Assembly (NCBI GenBank): GCA_000002445.1
Contig: CP000070.1
Location: forward strand, 832,001-896,000
Direction of reading: 5' to 3'
Source: Trypanosoma brucei
Lineage: Eukaryota
DNA: 64,000 nt
Of this stretch, positions 62,923-64,000 are shown one piece after another. The notes beneath the pieces are model-generated. The model was not told where the DNA came from. It did not search any database and saw nothing but the letters and a program-made list of their open reading frames with translations. A program made the translations under genes and the position numbers. Positions within the stretch are counted from its first letter, which is position 1. Each line of letters begins with the position of its first letter.

Positions 62923-63705
62923 TCAAGTAGCGAACTGTTTAAGTAAGCGCAACCAGTTAAGATATTCTTCCTGCTCCAGAAAGTGCGCCTGAGCCATCAT
63001 ATACTCAGCAAAGCCGTTATTTACACCACGTTCATCCAAATAATCTAGTATTTCATCAGTTAAATCGTCATCAAGTTCATTGAGCATCGGTCCGCGGTAA
63101 CGATAATCCCTGCAGCGTCTGCATTCGATATTCAGTTTCTGCCCGAAAGAAGTACCTACACTTGTTGTTTTACCTGGACCTAAAGCTCCGATAGAGTAGT
63201 CCATTTCCCTATCCGTGCTGTGAACCACAAGCGAATCCATCACCAATTCCATGTCAATCGAAGTTAACCCAAACTCCACGCCCCCTGAGTGTTGATGTTT
63301 CTTTATAAAGAGGTTGAAAACTAGATATTCTTCACCGTTCCGTTCCCCATTGTCCATCCGATATGTTTGTTCATATTTTTTTGGCTCCATCAAGGCAACG
63401 ACGTGCAAATCTTCCCTTGCACTATCATCGGCACCCATTGTTTTTGTCAAATCAAACCTGCAACTTCCAATTTTGTGCTCCATGCTCCATCCCGCCGGCA
63501 CAGCGGGTTTGGGGGGCAAAAAATCGCGTATGGCCTCTTCACTCAATTCACGCGTTGTAAGATCATAAAGCTTCCGGTGGCGGTAAAACGGTACCCGCCT
63601 TATCTGTTGAGGAGTTACCGCAGTGACTGGGTATCCCTGCGGGGAAACTTGGGAGTACAGGCGGTACTCACAAATCGCTTTGCGTGAAGCAACTACACGC
63701 CGCAT
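62923..63705 (-). CDS. p32/gC1qR/MAM33-family mitochondrial acidic matrix protein (260 aa)
   Basis: C-terminus 'LDYLDERGVNNGFAEYMMAQAHFLEQEEYLNWLRLLKQFAT' matches the conserved MAM33 C-terminal helix. I chose ATG at 63703-63705 ('MRRVVASRKAICEYRLYSQ', presequence-like) over the 76-aa Phe/Cys-rich upstream extension in the track ORF. Confidence 0.75.
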   Translation of the reverse strand: MRRVVASRKAICEYRLYSQVSPQGYPVTAVTPQQIRRVPFYRHRKLYDLTTRELSEEAIRDFLPPKPAVPAGWSMEHKIGSCRFDLTKTMGADDSAREDLHVVALMEPKKYEQTYRMDNGERNGEEYLVFNLFIKKHQHSGGVEFGLTSIDMELVMDSLVVHSTDREMDYSIGALGPGKTTSVGTSFGQKLNIECRRCRDYRYRGPMLNELDDDLTDEILDYLDERGVNNGFAEYMMAQAHFLEQEEYLNWLRLLKQFAT

Positions 63706-64000
63706 TTTGGGTGAGAACACCTTATACGTATTTTTTTTCCGTTTATGTGAATACCGGTAACAACAAACGAAGCTTATAAGAACAAAAATTGTCACGGATG
63801 TTCTAATTCGAAAGCTGTAAAAAAAAAAAAAGACAGACAAACGTATTAGTCGTTCGAGAAGATCAAGGGATATACACGGAGCACGCCGACAAAATTCTGC
63901 AAAACGTGTCGGCTTGCAGTGAAATATCGCCAAAATGCAATGCCACTAGAGGTACTCATATCATTACAACGCGAAAAATAGAAATACTGTGGTTACGCAT

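Overview
This window reads as trypanosomatid (kinetoplastid) nuclear DNA, not prokaryotic. It holds long intron-less ORFs packed head-to-tail on one strand (polycistronic units), with purine- and pyrimidine-rich intergenic tracts and microsatellites. There are no operon-like signals, tRNAs or CRISPR arrays. Two + strand genes (172-2809) converge on a ~52 kb minus-strand gene array (4329-63705); the two directions meet in a convergent strand-switch region at ~2810-4328. From memory, the gene content and order match an annotated Trypanosoma brucei chromosome-7 segment: ESAG6/ESAG7-like transferrin-receptor paralogues, mitochondrial IF-2, an ATG8/ATG12-fold ubiquitin-like protein, a giant FAZ10-like repeat protein, farnesyl pyrophosphate synthase, IFT74, MAK16, two MORN proteins, a centrin, FKBP12, a cyclophilin, an I/6-like EF-hand pair and a p32/MAM33 protein. 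I could not run any search, so family and species assignments rest on motifs read from the translations. The interesting structure is repeat biology: (i) a 2.37-kb tandem duplication whose two transferrin-receptor-like genes are identical except for a swapped 3' cassette, giving one form with a hydrophobic, GPI-signal-like C-terminal tail and one truncated form; (ii) a 13-kb gene for a 4334-aa coiled-coil protein with two near-identical 105-bp (35-aa) arrays (~22 and ~30 copies), a 102-bp variant array, and a module duplicated three to four times containing an unassigned ~70-aa domain; (iii) a second tandem pair of EF-hand genes with divergent acidic repeat tails. Many six-frame ORF-track starts are non-ATG (GTG/TTG); I moved starts to the first in-frame ATG where I could verify it. 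I see no evidence of a previously undescribed system; this looks like a well-ordered, largely housekeeping and cytoskeletal polycistronic region.
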